A stretch of DNA of 37,202 nt. Source: Thermodesulfobacteriota bacterium. Lineage in GTDB: Bacteria > DASVDK01. Below the pieces are notes generated by a model that was not told the origin of the DNA, made no database searches, and saw nothing but the letters and a program-made list of their open reading frames with translations. The stretch covers positions 1 to 37,202 of the forward strand of contig DASVDK010000273.1 in NCBI GenBank assembly GCA_036381125.1. The letters run 5' to 3'. Shown here in pieces: positions 10,842 to 20,743 of this stretch; the first letter of the stretch is position 1, and every line of letters starts with the position of its first letter. Position numbers and translations under genes: made by a program.

Positions 10842-11252
10842 TCAGAAAGGCGGGCCGTCCCAGCCCTTGGCGCGGTCCTCCATCTCGAAGGTCTGGAAGG
10901 CGCGGTTGAAGGAGCCGGCGCTCTCCTCCTGATGGAGGCGCCAGACCTCGTGCAGGCGGATCTCGACGGTCAGGTGGGTGCCGGGCGCGAGGCGGACGAC
11001 CTCCCTGGCGGCAGGGCCGAGCCTCCCCTTCAGGCGAATGCCGTACTCGCCGGGGGGGAGCGCGAAGCGCTTGCCGCCGGCGGGCAGCGTCTCGCGCGCC
11101 ACCAGGTCGAAGGGCGACGAGAACAGGCGCAGCTCCGCGGCGGGCAGGTGAAAGAGCCCGCTGGTGAAGCGGATGGTGAGCCCCTCGTGGCCGGGCGGCG
11201 CCGGCGCCTCGGTGACCGCGATCGTGGGGCGTTCGTCCGTGGCGATGGTCAT
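10842..11252 (-). CDS. Hypothetical protein (beta-rich)
   Basis: High GC3; 6 nt downstream of the previous gene; the synonymous-biased remnant copy at 10014-10077 supports this reading frame. Confidence 0.72.
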   Translation of the reverse strand: MTIATDERPTIAVTEAPAPPGHEGLTIRFTSGLFHLPAAELRLFSSPFDLVARETLPAGGKRFALPPGEYGIRLKGRLGPAAREVVRLAPGTHLTVEIRLHEVWRLHQEESAGSFNRAFQTFEMEDRAKGWDGPPF

Positions 11253-11258
11253 GGCGCG

Positions 11259-11801
11259 CTACCCCGCCTGCGCCACGCTCCACCGCGTCGGCGGCGGCAG
11301 CGGTAGGCCCTTCGCCTTGCGCTCGCGGATGGGCCCGCTGTGGCCCAGCGCCTTCACCGCGGCGATGTCGGCCTTCACCCGGTCGGCGAGCGCGGGGTAG
11401 CCGAAGCCGCGCAGGAGGCGCTCCGCCTCGGTGAGCCCGATGTTGTCCACCGCGCGAGCCGACTCGACCCAGAGCACGGCGGCCCGGGCGGCCGCCATGG
11501 CGCGTGGGTGCGTCACGAAGCGGCGCGCCTCGGCGACGAGGTCCCGGTACGACTCGACCGCGACCGCCTTCGCGCCGACACGCTCCACCTCCGCGGTGAA
11601 CCGGTCGAAGAAGGCGGCGGTCCAGAGGCGCTCGTCGGCGAGGACCCGCCTTGCCGTCTCGTTGCCCGCCTTCGCGCGCAGGACGAGCCGCGCGGCGTCG
11701 AGCCGCTCGCCGGCCGTCTTCGCCGCCCGCATCCGCGCGAGGGCCGACCTGAGATCCGGGGGGCCGAACCAGGCGTCCGCGATCTCGCTCCAGACTCCCA
11801 T
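11259..11801 (-). CDS. Hypothetical protein (helical)
   Basis: GGGAGG RBS, high GC3, tight operon spacing. Confidence 0.72.
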   Translation of the reverse strand: MGVWSEIADAWFGPPDLRSALARMRAAKTAGERLDAARLVLRAKAGNETARRVLADERLWTAAFFDRFTAEVERVGAKAVAVESYRDLVAEARRFVTHPRAMAAARAAVLWVESARAVDNIGLTEAERLLRGFGYPALADRVKADIAAVKALGHSGPIRERKAKGLPLPPPTRWSVAQAG

Positions 11802-11811
11802 GCCGGCCTCC

Positions 11812-12204
11812 CTACGCCCCCGCGCCGGCGCGGCTCGCCACGACGACGACGAGGAGGGCGAAGCCGATGACCTGGAGGCCGAGGAGCGCCGCCTGGGCGC
11901 CGACCTGATGGGCGAGGACGCGCCGCTTGGCCTTGCTCATGCCGAAGGCGACCACGTAGACCACCAGGGCCGCCACGACGAGGAGCCCGATCGTCCCGCC
12001 GAGAACGCCCCCGGTGAAGCCGGCGAGGGCGAGGAGGGCGAGCAGCAGGGTGCCTCCGAGCGTGGCGTAGTGCGCGGCCGCCTGGTAGCTGCCGTCGTAG
12101 ATCATGGTCACCTGGCCCTTGACGGTGTAGGCGGCCACCAGGGCGAGGCTCACCAGGAAGACCCCCGGCACGAGCGCCAGCAGGAACGCGAACAGACTCT
12201 CCAT
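11812..12204 (-). CDS. Hypothetical membrane protein (about 4 TM helices)
   Basis: Four hydrophobic segments; GGAGGA RBS; 16 nt after the FrhB-like stop. Confidence 0.75.
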   Translation of the reverse strand: MESLFAFLLALVPGVFLVSLALVAAYTVKGQVTMIYDGSYQAAAHYATLGGTLLLALLALAGFTGGVLGGTIGLLVVAALVVYVVAFGMSKAKRRVLAHQVGAQAALLGLQVIGFALLVVVVASRAGAGA

Positions 12205-12220
12205 CTCTCGGATCCTCCGC

Positions 12221-13393
12221 CTACGACCGGATGACGACGGGAAGCCCGGCCGCCTTCATGGCCGTCTCCCGCTCGGCGCCGCGCTCCTTCTTGAAGAGCA
12301 CGGCGAGCTGGAACTCCTGCTCGGCGCTGATGACCGGCAGGCGGGTGACCGCCTTGAGCCCCCAGCCGAGCGCCTTGAGGGTGAGGTCGGTTGCGTCCAT
12401 GGGGGCGCCGCTCATCGGGACCCTCTGGGGGTCGGCGAGGAGCCCCTTCTCGGCGGCCATCCGGAAGAGCCGCTGCCCGGCCTCGGACCGGAGGATCACC
12501 GAGAAGCGCCCGGCCCCGGCCCCGAGGCGGCCGAAGCTGATGTCGGCCAGCTCGGCGGTGGGGTCGACGCAGGTGATGCAGGCGTCGGGCGCGTAGTGCG
12601 AGACGACCGAGGCCGGCATCGTCTTCGTCTTCCCGCCGGTCGTCTCGACCCGGTAGAAGAGCGTGGAGTCGAGGCCGTGCCCGATGTGCCTCACCTCGTC
12701 GAGCGAGATGCCCACCCGCTCCCGGAGCATCGTCTCGAGCGCCTGCCGCCTCAGGACGCCGAAGCAGTAGTGCCCGATGATCAGCCCGATCTTCGACTCG
12801 AACTTCTTGTCGGGCATGTACTGCAGCTTGCGCCACGCCTCGGTGACGCACGGCGGCCCGATGAGCCCGACCCGGTCGAGGCCGTGGTAGTCCACCGCCT
12901 CGGTGAGGGCGGGCGTCACGTCGTCGAAGCCGATCAGCTCGTTCTCGCGCGCCTCGTTGAGGACGTCGATCCTGTGGAGGTCCTCGGGCCGGTCGACGAG
13001 CACGCCGGAGCGGTTGCCGAGCCGGTTGCGCCCCGTCCCGATGCCGACCCAGGCGCGCACCATCCCGGTCTCGAGGGCAAGGCGGGCGAGGGCGGCAATC
13101 TCGTTCTGCCGCACCGTCTGGACCTCCCGGTACCGACCGAAGACCGGGTCCTTCACGTCGACGCCCGGCTGCTCCGGACCGAAGACGAAGCTCTGCATGT
13201 CGGCCATCGGCAGGAAGTTCTTGGGGCAGGCGGTGAAGCAGGCGCCGCAGTCCCGGCAGGCCTGGAGCGGCCCGGGCCCGACGTTGTCCACCCACTCGAT
13301 GGCGTCGTACGAGCAGGACGCGAGGCAGGTCCCGCAGTGGCAGCAGAGGTCGTGCTCGACCTGCTGGAACAGCTCCTTCAGGCCAATGGCCAT
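12221..13393 (-). CDS. Coenzyme F420 hydrogenase/dehydrogenase beta-subunit (FrhB/FdhB) family protein with N-terminal 2x[4Fe-4S] ferredoxin domain
   Basis: CCHCGTCLASC and CRDCGACFTACP ferredoxin motifs; FrhB C-domain cysteines in GPPC, IGHYC and CITC.D.TAELADISFG. Confidence 0.82.
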   Translation of the reverse strand: MAIGLKELFQQVEHDLCCHCGTCLASCSYDAIEWVDNVGPGPLQACRDCGACFTACPKNFLPMADMQSFVFGPEQPGVDVKDPVFGRYREVQTVRQNEIAALARLALETGMVRAWVGIGTGRNRLGNRSGVLVDRPEDLHRIDVLNEARENELIGFDDVTPALTEAVDYHGLDRVGLIGPPCVTEAWRKLQYMPDKKFESKIGLIIGHYCFGVLRRQALETMLRERVGISLDEVRHIGHGLDSTLFYRVETTGGKTKTMPASVVSHYAPDACITCVDPTAELADISFGRLGAGAGRFSVILRSEAGQRLFRMAAEKGLLADPQRVPMSGAPMDATDLTLKALGWGLKAVTRLPVISAEQEFQLAVLFKKERGAERETAMKAAGLPVVIRS

Positions 13394-13477
13394 GGCGTCC
13401 CGCCCCCGCGTGTTAGAATGGGCCAGCCACCAGCGGATCGGGCCCTACCAGAGCGACGTCACATGGCAGTTCACGAC

Positions 13478-13529
13478 AATTGGTAGGACCAGTAGCGCCA
13501 GGTTAGGCCAGGTCCTGGAGGCTTGTCAA
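13478..13529 (-). promoter_or_regulatory. Sigma70 promoter of the FrhB-like operon with FadR-type operator
   Basis: Minus TTGACA (13529-13524), 18 nt, TAACCT (13505-13500). Operator AATTGGTAGGACCAGT at 13478-13493 lies at the predicted start site and matches the PdhR/LldR-type AATTGGT-N3-ACCAATT box. Confidence 0.72.
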
Positions 13530-13558
13530 GGGGCAACGGCGTGGAAGGACGGGACGGC

Positions 13559-14341
13559 GTGACCACGACAACACCGACAACATCTCGAACACCCGCGCAG
13601 CCCGAGCGCCGCGGAAAGGTGACCGAGGAGATCGTCCGCGCGATCCAGTCGCAGATCAGTCGCGGCGAGCTGAAGCCGGGCGACCAGCTCCCGCCCGAGC
13701 GGCAGCTCGCGAGCCGCTTCCACGCGAGCCGGGGCTCGATCCGCGAGGCGCTGCGCGCGCTCGAGCTGTCGGGGCTCATCCACTCCCGCCAGGGGGGCGG
13801 CAACTACGTCGCCAGGAGCCTGCCGTCCGCGCTCACCGTGCCCCTCGGCCACTACCTCGAGCGGCAGCGGCACGCGCTCGTGGACCTCTACGAGGCGCGC
13901 GAGATGCTCGAGCCGCGGCTCGCCTTCCTCGCCGCCGAGCGGGCCACGCGGGAGGACATCGAGCGGCTGCGCCAGGCGCTCGAGCGCCAGGAGCGGGACC
14001 TCGACAGCCACGACGCCGCCACCGCGTACGACGCCGATCGGGCCTTCCACCAGGCCATCGCCGAGGCGGCCGGCAACCAGACCTTCATCAAGCTGCACAA
14101 CTACCTCTCGGACCTCGTCTCCGAGAGCCGCCGCGAAGCGGTCGACAGCGCCTCGCGGCGGGAGCAGGCGGTCGTCGACCACCGCCACATCTTCGAGGCG
14201 ATCGCCGGCGGGGACGGCCCCGCGGCGTCGGCGGCCATGCTGCAGCACCTCAAGACGGTCAAGGAGATCCTCGTCGACGCGCTGACCGCCTACCAGCAGG
14301 CGCTGGCCCGACTGCCGGGCGCGCCGACCGAGCAGGGCTGA
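13559..14341 (+). CDS. GntR family transcriptional regulator, FadR subfamily (PdhR/LldR/GlcC-like)
   Basis: wHTH GELKPGDQLPPERQLA..F..SRGSIREAL..LE..GLI.SRQGGGNYV; FCD domain with EAREMLE, DRAFHQAIAEAAGN and DHRHIFEAI; GTG start at 13559. Confidence 0.93.
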   Translation: MTTTTPTTSRTPAQPERRGKVTEEIVRAIQSQISRGELKPGDQLPPERQLASRFHASRGSIREALRALELSGLIHSRQGGGNYVARSLPSALTVPLGHYLERQRHALVDLYEAREMLEPRLAFLAAERATREDIERLRQALERQERDLDSHDAATAYDADRAFHQAIAEAAGNQTFIKLHNYLSDLVSESRREAVDSASRREQAVVDHRHIFEAIAGGDGPAASAAMLQHLKTVKEILVDALTAYQQALARLPGAPTEQG

Positions 14342-14434
14342 CCGCCGCCCCTCCTCCGCTCCCCGACGCCTCCGTGATCCGCCCGCGCGCGGCCGCGCCG
14401 CGCGCCCTCGACCAGGCGGCCCGGCCGAACCTGC

Positions 14435-14503
14435 TTGACAGGTTTGCCGCGAGGGCACTAGAGTAGCCGCATATTGGACCAATAGCGTATTGGTCCAACC
14501 ATT
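14435..14503 (+). promoter_or_regulatory. Sigma70 promoter of the oxidoreductase operon with FadR-type operator
   Basis: TTGACA 14435-14440, 18 nt, TAGAGT 14459-14464. TATTGGTCCAACCATT (TGGT-N3-ACCA) at 14488-14503 overlaps the inverted repeat TTGGACCAATA-GCG-TATTGGTCCAA (14474-14498). Confidence 0.75.
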
Positions 14504-14518
14504 CCTTCCGGGGGCGCC

Positions 14519-15151
14519 ATGCAGGAACCGGAGATCCTCGAGATCAACGTCTGGACGCGGGGCGTCGTGATGGACAAGGAGGGGCGCGACGTCACGTTCG
14601 CCCTGGCCCGCGCCGCCCAGGAGGAGGGGAAGTTCGTCCAGGCGTTCGACAACTACGTCGACCAGCCCGACCGGGTGAACGTCCCCATGCGCAAGTACGC
14701 GCGGATCTCCGCCGTGGAGATCGAGGACAAGTACGTCTACGAGAACCACGAGCCGAACATCGTCGTCCTGGTCGAGGAGAGCCTCCTCAAGGGCATGAAC
14801 GTGCTGCGCGGCATGCGCCCCGGCGGCACGCTGATCGTCAACAGCCACCGCCCGATCGCCGACCTCGTCAAGTTCCTGCCGCCGCACGCGCCCGGGACGC
14901 TGCGCAGCTTCGCCGTGATCCACGCGGAGCGCTTCGCCAGGCGCGTCATGGCCGACTTCCTCGGCGCCGAGGGGGCGAGCGTCCGGGGCGGCCTCGGCAG
15001 GGGGATCGCCGGCCCGATCATCGGCGCCACGGCGCGCGTCGGCGGCTTCGTGTCGCTCGACGCGGTCAGGAAGGTCGTGTCCGACCCCGCGGCGGCCGAG
15101 CGCGGGTGGGAGTCGGTCCAGATCCGCGAACTGGGCGCTGCGACCGTCTAG
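14519..15151 (+). CDS. 2-oxoacid:ferredoxin oxidoreductase gamma-type subunit, equivalent to the N-terminal part of the oxalate oxidoreductase delta subunit
   Basis: VWTRGVVMDK..RD, NYVDQPDRV.VP, KYVYEN, VLVEESLLKG and GIAGPIIGA closely follow my recollection of Moorella OOR delta; lacks the GRGGQG loop of CoA-dependent PorC. Confidence 0.85.
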   Translation: MQEPEILEINVWTRGVVMDKEGRDVTFALARAAQEEGKFVQAFDNYVDQPDRVNVPMRKYARISAVEIEDKYVYENHEPNIVVLVEESLLKGMNVLRGMRPGGTLIVNSHRPIADLVKFLPPHAPGTLRSFAVIHAERFARRVMADFLGAEGASVRGGLGRGIAGPIIGATARVGGFVSLDAVRKVVSDPAAAERGWESVQIRELGAATV

Positions 15152-15239
15152 GGCGCGCCGACCGAACCAGGCAGTCCGGCCGGCACGGCCGCGCCGGCTG
15201 CGGAGATGGCACGGTCGGCAGAGCTGTCACGAGGTCACG

Positions 15240-15593
15240 ATGCCGTACGCCTACACGCCGAAGCTCATCCACATCCCGCCCGAGAAGGACGTGCCGTTCG
15301 GCATGATCGTGCCGGCCCCCGAGGTGAGCGGGGAGCAGCCGGGCATGATCACCGGCAACTGGCGGCAGAAGCGGCCGGTGTTCGACCCGATGCGCTGCAC
15401 GCAGTGCCGCTCGTGCGAGATGCTCTGCCCGGACGCCTGCATCTCGATCGACGAGAAGGGGATCGTCGATTCCGACATGAAGTACTGCAAGGGCTGCGGC
15501 GTCTGCGCCTTCGAGTGTCGCGAGGGGGCCATCGTGATGGTCCCAGAACTCGACTTCGAGGACGGCGTCGTCCGTCTGGAGACCGTCTTCTAG
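15240..15593 (+). CDS. 2x[4Fe-4S] ferredoxin-like delta subunit of the oxidoreductase
   Basis: TGNWR..RP, CTQCRSCEMLCPD, YCKGCGVCAFEC, VPELDFED; GAGG RBS. Confidence 0.9.
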   Translation: MPYAYTPKLIHIPPEKDVPFGMIVPAPEVSGEQPGMITGNWRQKRPVFDPMRCTQCRSCEMLCPDACISIDEKGIVDSDMKYCKGCGVCAFECREGAIVMVPELDFEDGVVRLETVF

Positions 15594-15610
15594 GAGCCGG
15601 GAGCACGCCG

Positions 15611-18104
<2,494 letters not shown>

Positions 18105-18139
18105 GATTCAGGCCCGCGCCCCCGCGGCCGGCGGAGTCC

Positions 18140-18166
18140 TTGACAACGCGCGTCGACTCGTATAGT
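18140..18166 (+). promoter_or_regulatory. Possible sigma70 promoter
   Basis: TTGACA 18140-18145 and TATAGT 18161-18166, but the spacer is only 15 nt. Confidence 0.4.
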
Positions 18167-18207
18167 CAGGCGGCACGCGGCCGGAAGCCGGATCCCCGGG
18201 AGGACAC

Positions 18208-18786
18208 ATGCTTGCGGGCTGCCGCCACATCTGCGTTGCCTGGGCCGCCATCGGGCTCCTGGCGCTCGCCACCGGCCTCGCGGCAGAGCAGGGCGATCTC
18301 GTGCGCGTCGGCGCCTTCGCCCTGCTGGCCTTCGGCACGCTCCGCCTCGCCATGGCGAGCGACGACTTCGAGGCGATCGGCGCCCGGCTCGCGGCGCGCC
18401 CGGCCGAGGCGCCGCCGAAGCCCGCCGTCCCGCGCGCCTTCTGGTCGCGCCCGGCGCCCTACGTCCTGCTGCCCCTCATCGGGTTCATCGTGCTCGTGGG
18501 CCGCGTCCTCTGGCGGCCTCCCCTCGGCAACGACGCCCGTTACCTGATCACCGGCATCATGGCGGCCGCGCTCACCGTCACGGTCGTCTACCTCGTCCTC
18601 CTCGCCGTCGAGGGGGCGCACGTCGCCGCGGCCGCGCCCGCCCAGGGGGCGCTCGAGGACCCCGCGCCGCCCGGTCCACGCGTACAGGGCGACGAGGGGC
18701 TTTCCGCCATCGGCGCCCTCGACACCGCCCGGTTCACGCGCGACGTGCTCGACGTCCACGGCCAGGGCGGCGCCCCTCGCCCCTGA
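18208..18786 (+). CDS. Hypothetical membrane protein (about 4 TM helices)
   Basis: GGAGGA RBS, four hydrophobic segments, high GC3. Confidence 0.65.
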   Translation: MLAGCRHICVAWAAIGLLALATGLAAEQGDLVRVGAFALLAFGTLRLAMASDDFEAIGARLAARPAEAPPKPAVPRAFWSRPAPYVLLPLIGFIVLVGRVLWRPPLGNDARYLITGIMAAALTVTVVYLVLLAVEGAHVAAAAPAQGALEDPAPPGPRVQGDEGLSAIGALDTARFTRDVLDVHGQGGAPRP

Positions 18787-18808
18787 CGGCACCCCTTCCG
18801 ATCGGCTG

Positions 18809-18823
18809 AACTGGTCGGACCAC
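18809..18823. promoter_or_regulatory. Distal FadR-type operator candidate
   Basis: AACTGGTCGGACCAC (TGGT-N3-ACCA) in the intergenic region upstream of tctC. Confidence 0.5.
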
Positions 18824-19025
18824 CGCGACCGCGCGCACGAATCGGCTCGGGTTTTCGCGCACCTGGACGACGCCCGGCAGTCGCGCGCGCCGCCGTGTGA
18901 CCTCCGCCACGGAAGCGCGCCCGAATCCAGCGCGGCTCGGCCCGACGCCGTCCCGTCGCGCCGTTGCGTGCGGGTCCGGGCCGCGCCAAGCGAGAAATGC
19001 CTTTATATCTTCAGTAGAATAACGC

Positions 19026-19069
19026 TTGACACACCCCTGGGTGCGTCGCACAGTCGTGGTAGGACCAGT
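19026..19069 (+). promoter_or_regulatory. Promoter of the tctCBA operon with FadR-type operator
   Basis: TTGACA 19026-19031, 17 nt, CACAGT 19049-19054, AT-rich sequence upstream. TGGTAGGACCAGT at 19057-19069 is identical to 13481-13493. Confidence 0.7.
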
Positions 19070-19218
19070 GGGGCAGGGGCCTACGCCCAATCGCCGGCAC
19101 CTCGTCGTCCGGCCGCAATAAATCATTGTCATGCGCCGTCTTACGACCATCCTGCGGCGCGGACGGGTTCACCCCGGCCGGCGTCACGGTATGTTGAAAC
19201 ACCGTTAGGAGGTCTGCT

Positions 19219-20205
19219 ATGGCACGTCTCCGGGGTCAGGTGGTCGCGGCAATGCTCGCGTCCGCGTTCGTCCTGGCGCCCTTCGCGGCGCACGCGGCGT
19301 GGGAGCCGCAGAAGCCCATCGAGTTCATCATCCCGGCGGGGACGGGCGGCGGCGCGGACCAGATGGCCCGCCTCATCACCGGCATCGCCGAGAAGTACAA
19401 CCTCTCGCCGCGGCCCGTCGTGGCCATCAACAAATCGGGCGGCGCCGGCGCCGAGGGCTTCCTCTACGTCAAGGGCAAGAAGGGGGATGCCCACACCATC
19501 ATCATCACCCTGTCGAACCTCTTCACGACCCCCCTCAGCACCGGCGTTCCCTTCAACTGGAAGGACCTCACCCCGGTCGCCCGCCTGGCGCTCGACGAGT
19601 TCATCCTCTGGGTCAACGCGAGCACGCCCTACAAGAGCGCCAGGGAGTACATCACCGCGGTCAAGGAGAAGGGCCCCATGAAGATGGGGGGCACCGGCAC
19701 GGCGCAGGAGGATCAGATCATCACGCTCCTGCTCCAGCAGCGGACCGGCGCCAAGTTCACCTACGTGCCGTTCAAGGGGGGCGGCGAGGTCTGCGTGAAC
19801 CTCGTCGGCGGCCACGTCGACTCGACCGTCAACAACCCCATCGAGTGCGTGAGCCACTGGCGCGCGAACCCCTCGCGCGTGCGGCCGCTCGCCATCTTCG
19901 ACGAGGAGCGCAGCCAGGTCGGGGGCTGGACGGAGATCCCGACCATCAAGGAGGCGCTCGGGGCGGACATCAGCTACCTGATGCTCCGCGGCATCTTCGG
20001 ACCGCCCGACATGCCGAAGGAGGCCACGGAGTGGTACCAGGCCTTCCTGAAGAAGGTCATGGAGACGACCGAGTGGAAGGACTTCATGACCAAGGGGGCC
20101 TTCAAGCAGTCGTGGCTCACCGGCCCCGAGTTCGTGAAGTGGCTCGAGCAGACGGAGGCGCTCCACCGCGAGTTGATGGAGGCGGGAGGCCTGCTCAAGA
20201 AGTAG
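19219..20205 (+). CDS. tctC: Tripartite tricarboxylate transporter substrate-binding protein (TctC/Bug)
   Basis: Signal peptide ending AHA-A; P.KPIEFIIPAGTGGGAD..AR, NKSGGAG, YVPFKGGGE, GGHVD; AGGAGG RBS. Confidence 0.93.
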   Translation: MARLRGQVVAAMLASAFVLAPFAAHAAWEPQKPIEFIIPAGTGGGADQMARLITGIAEKYNLSPRPVVAINKSGGAGAEGFLYVKGKKGDAHTIIITLSNLFTTPLSTGVPFNWKDLTPVARLALDEFILWVNASTPYKSAREYITAVKEKGPMKMGGTGTAQEDQIITLLLQQRTGAKFTYVPFKGGGEVCVNLVGGHVDSTVNNPIECVSHWRANPSRVRPLAIFDEERSQVGGWTEIPTIKEALGADISYLMLRGIFGPPDMPKEATEWYQAFLKKVMETTEWKDFMTKGAFKQSWLTGPEFVKWLEQTEALHRELMEAGGLLKK

Positions 20206-20214
20206 CCCCACACC

Positions 20215-20252
20215 CCGCGCGCGGCGATGCCTCCGAGCGTCGCCGCGCGCGG
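20215..20252 (+). other. Strong 16-bp stem-loop between tctC and tctB (mRNA-stabilising or attenuating hairpin)
   Basis: CCGCGCGCGGCGATGC-CTCCGA-GCGTCGCCGCGCGCGG with one G-U pair and no U-tract. Confidence 0.6.
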
Positions 20253-20278
20253 ATCGTCGTCACCTGCCGGGGGGCCTC

Positions 20279-20740
20279 ATGCGGAAGGCGGATCTCGTCA
20301 CGGCGACCATCCTGCTGATCCTGGCCGCCGTCGTCGTCTGGGACTCCTACGAGCTGGGCATCGCATGGGGGCCCGGGGGGCCGGGCAGCGGGTTCTTCCC
20401 CTTCTGGATGGGGCTCATCATGATCGGCTGCTGCCTGGGGATCATCGCCCAGGCGCTGCGCCGGCCCGAGGGGAAGCCGTTCATCGCCCGCGAGGGGATC
20501 GCCCCGGTCCTCAAGGTCCTCGGGCCGGCGGTCGGCTTCGTGGTCCTCATCCAGTTCGTCGGCCTCTACGTGTCGGCCGCCGTCTACCTCGCCGTCTACA
20601 TGCGCTGGATCGGACGCCATTCCTGGCCCACCGTGGCCGGGGTGGCGCTCGCCTTCGCCGTGATCGCCTTCTTCGTCTTCGAGACCTGGTTCCTGGTGCC
20701 GATGCCCAAGGGCCCGGTCGAGTCGTGGCTGGGGTACTAG
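20279..20740 (+). CDS. tctB: Tripartite tricarboxylate transporter small permease TctB
   Basis: GPGSGFFPFW motif, 4 TM helices, VPMPKGP C-terminal motif. Confidence 0.9.
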   Translation: MRKADLVTATILLILAAVVVWDSYELGIAWGPGGPGSGFFPFWMGLIMIGCCLGIIAQALRRPEGKPFIAREGIAPVLKVLGPAVGFVVLIQFVGLYVSAAVYLAVYMRWIGRHSWPTVAGVALAFAVIAFFVFETWFLVPMPKGPVESWLGY

Positions 20741-20743
20741 ATC

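Noticed and set aside
12221-13393. Evidence for an F420-reducing hydrogenase or methanogen-type metabolism
   Set aside because: No NiFe large or small subunit and no F420 biosynthesis genes in the window; FrhB folds have other roles.
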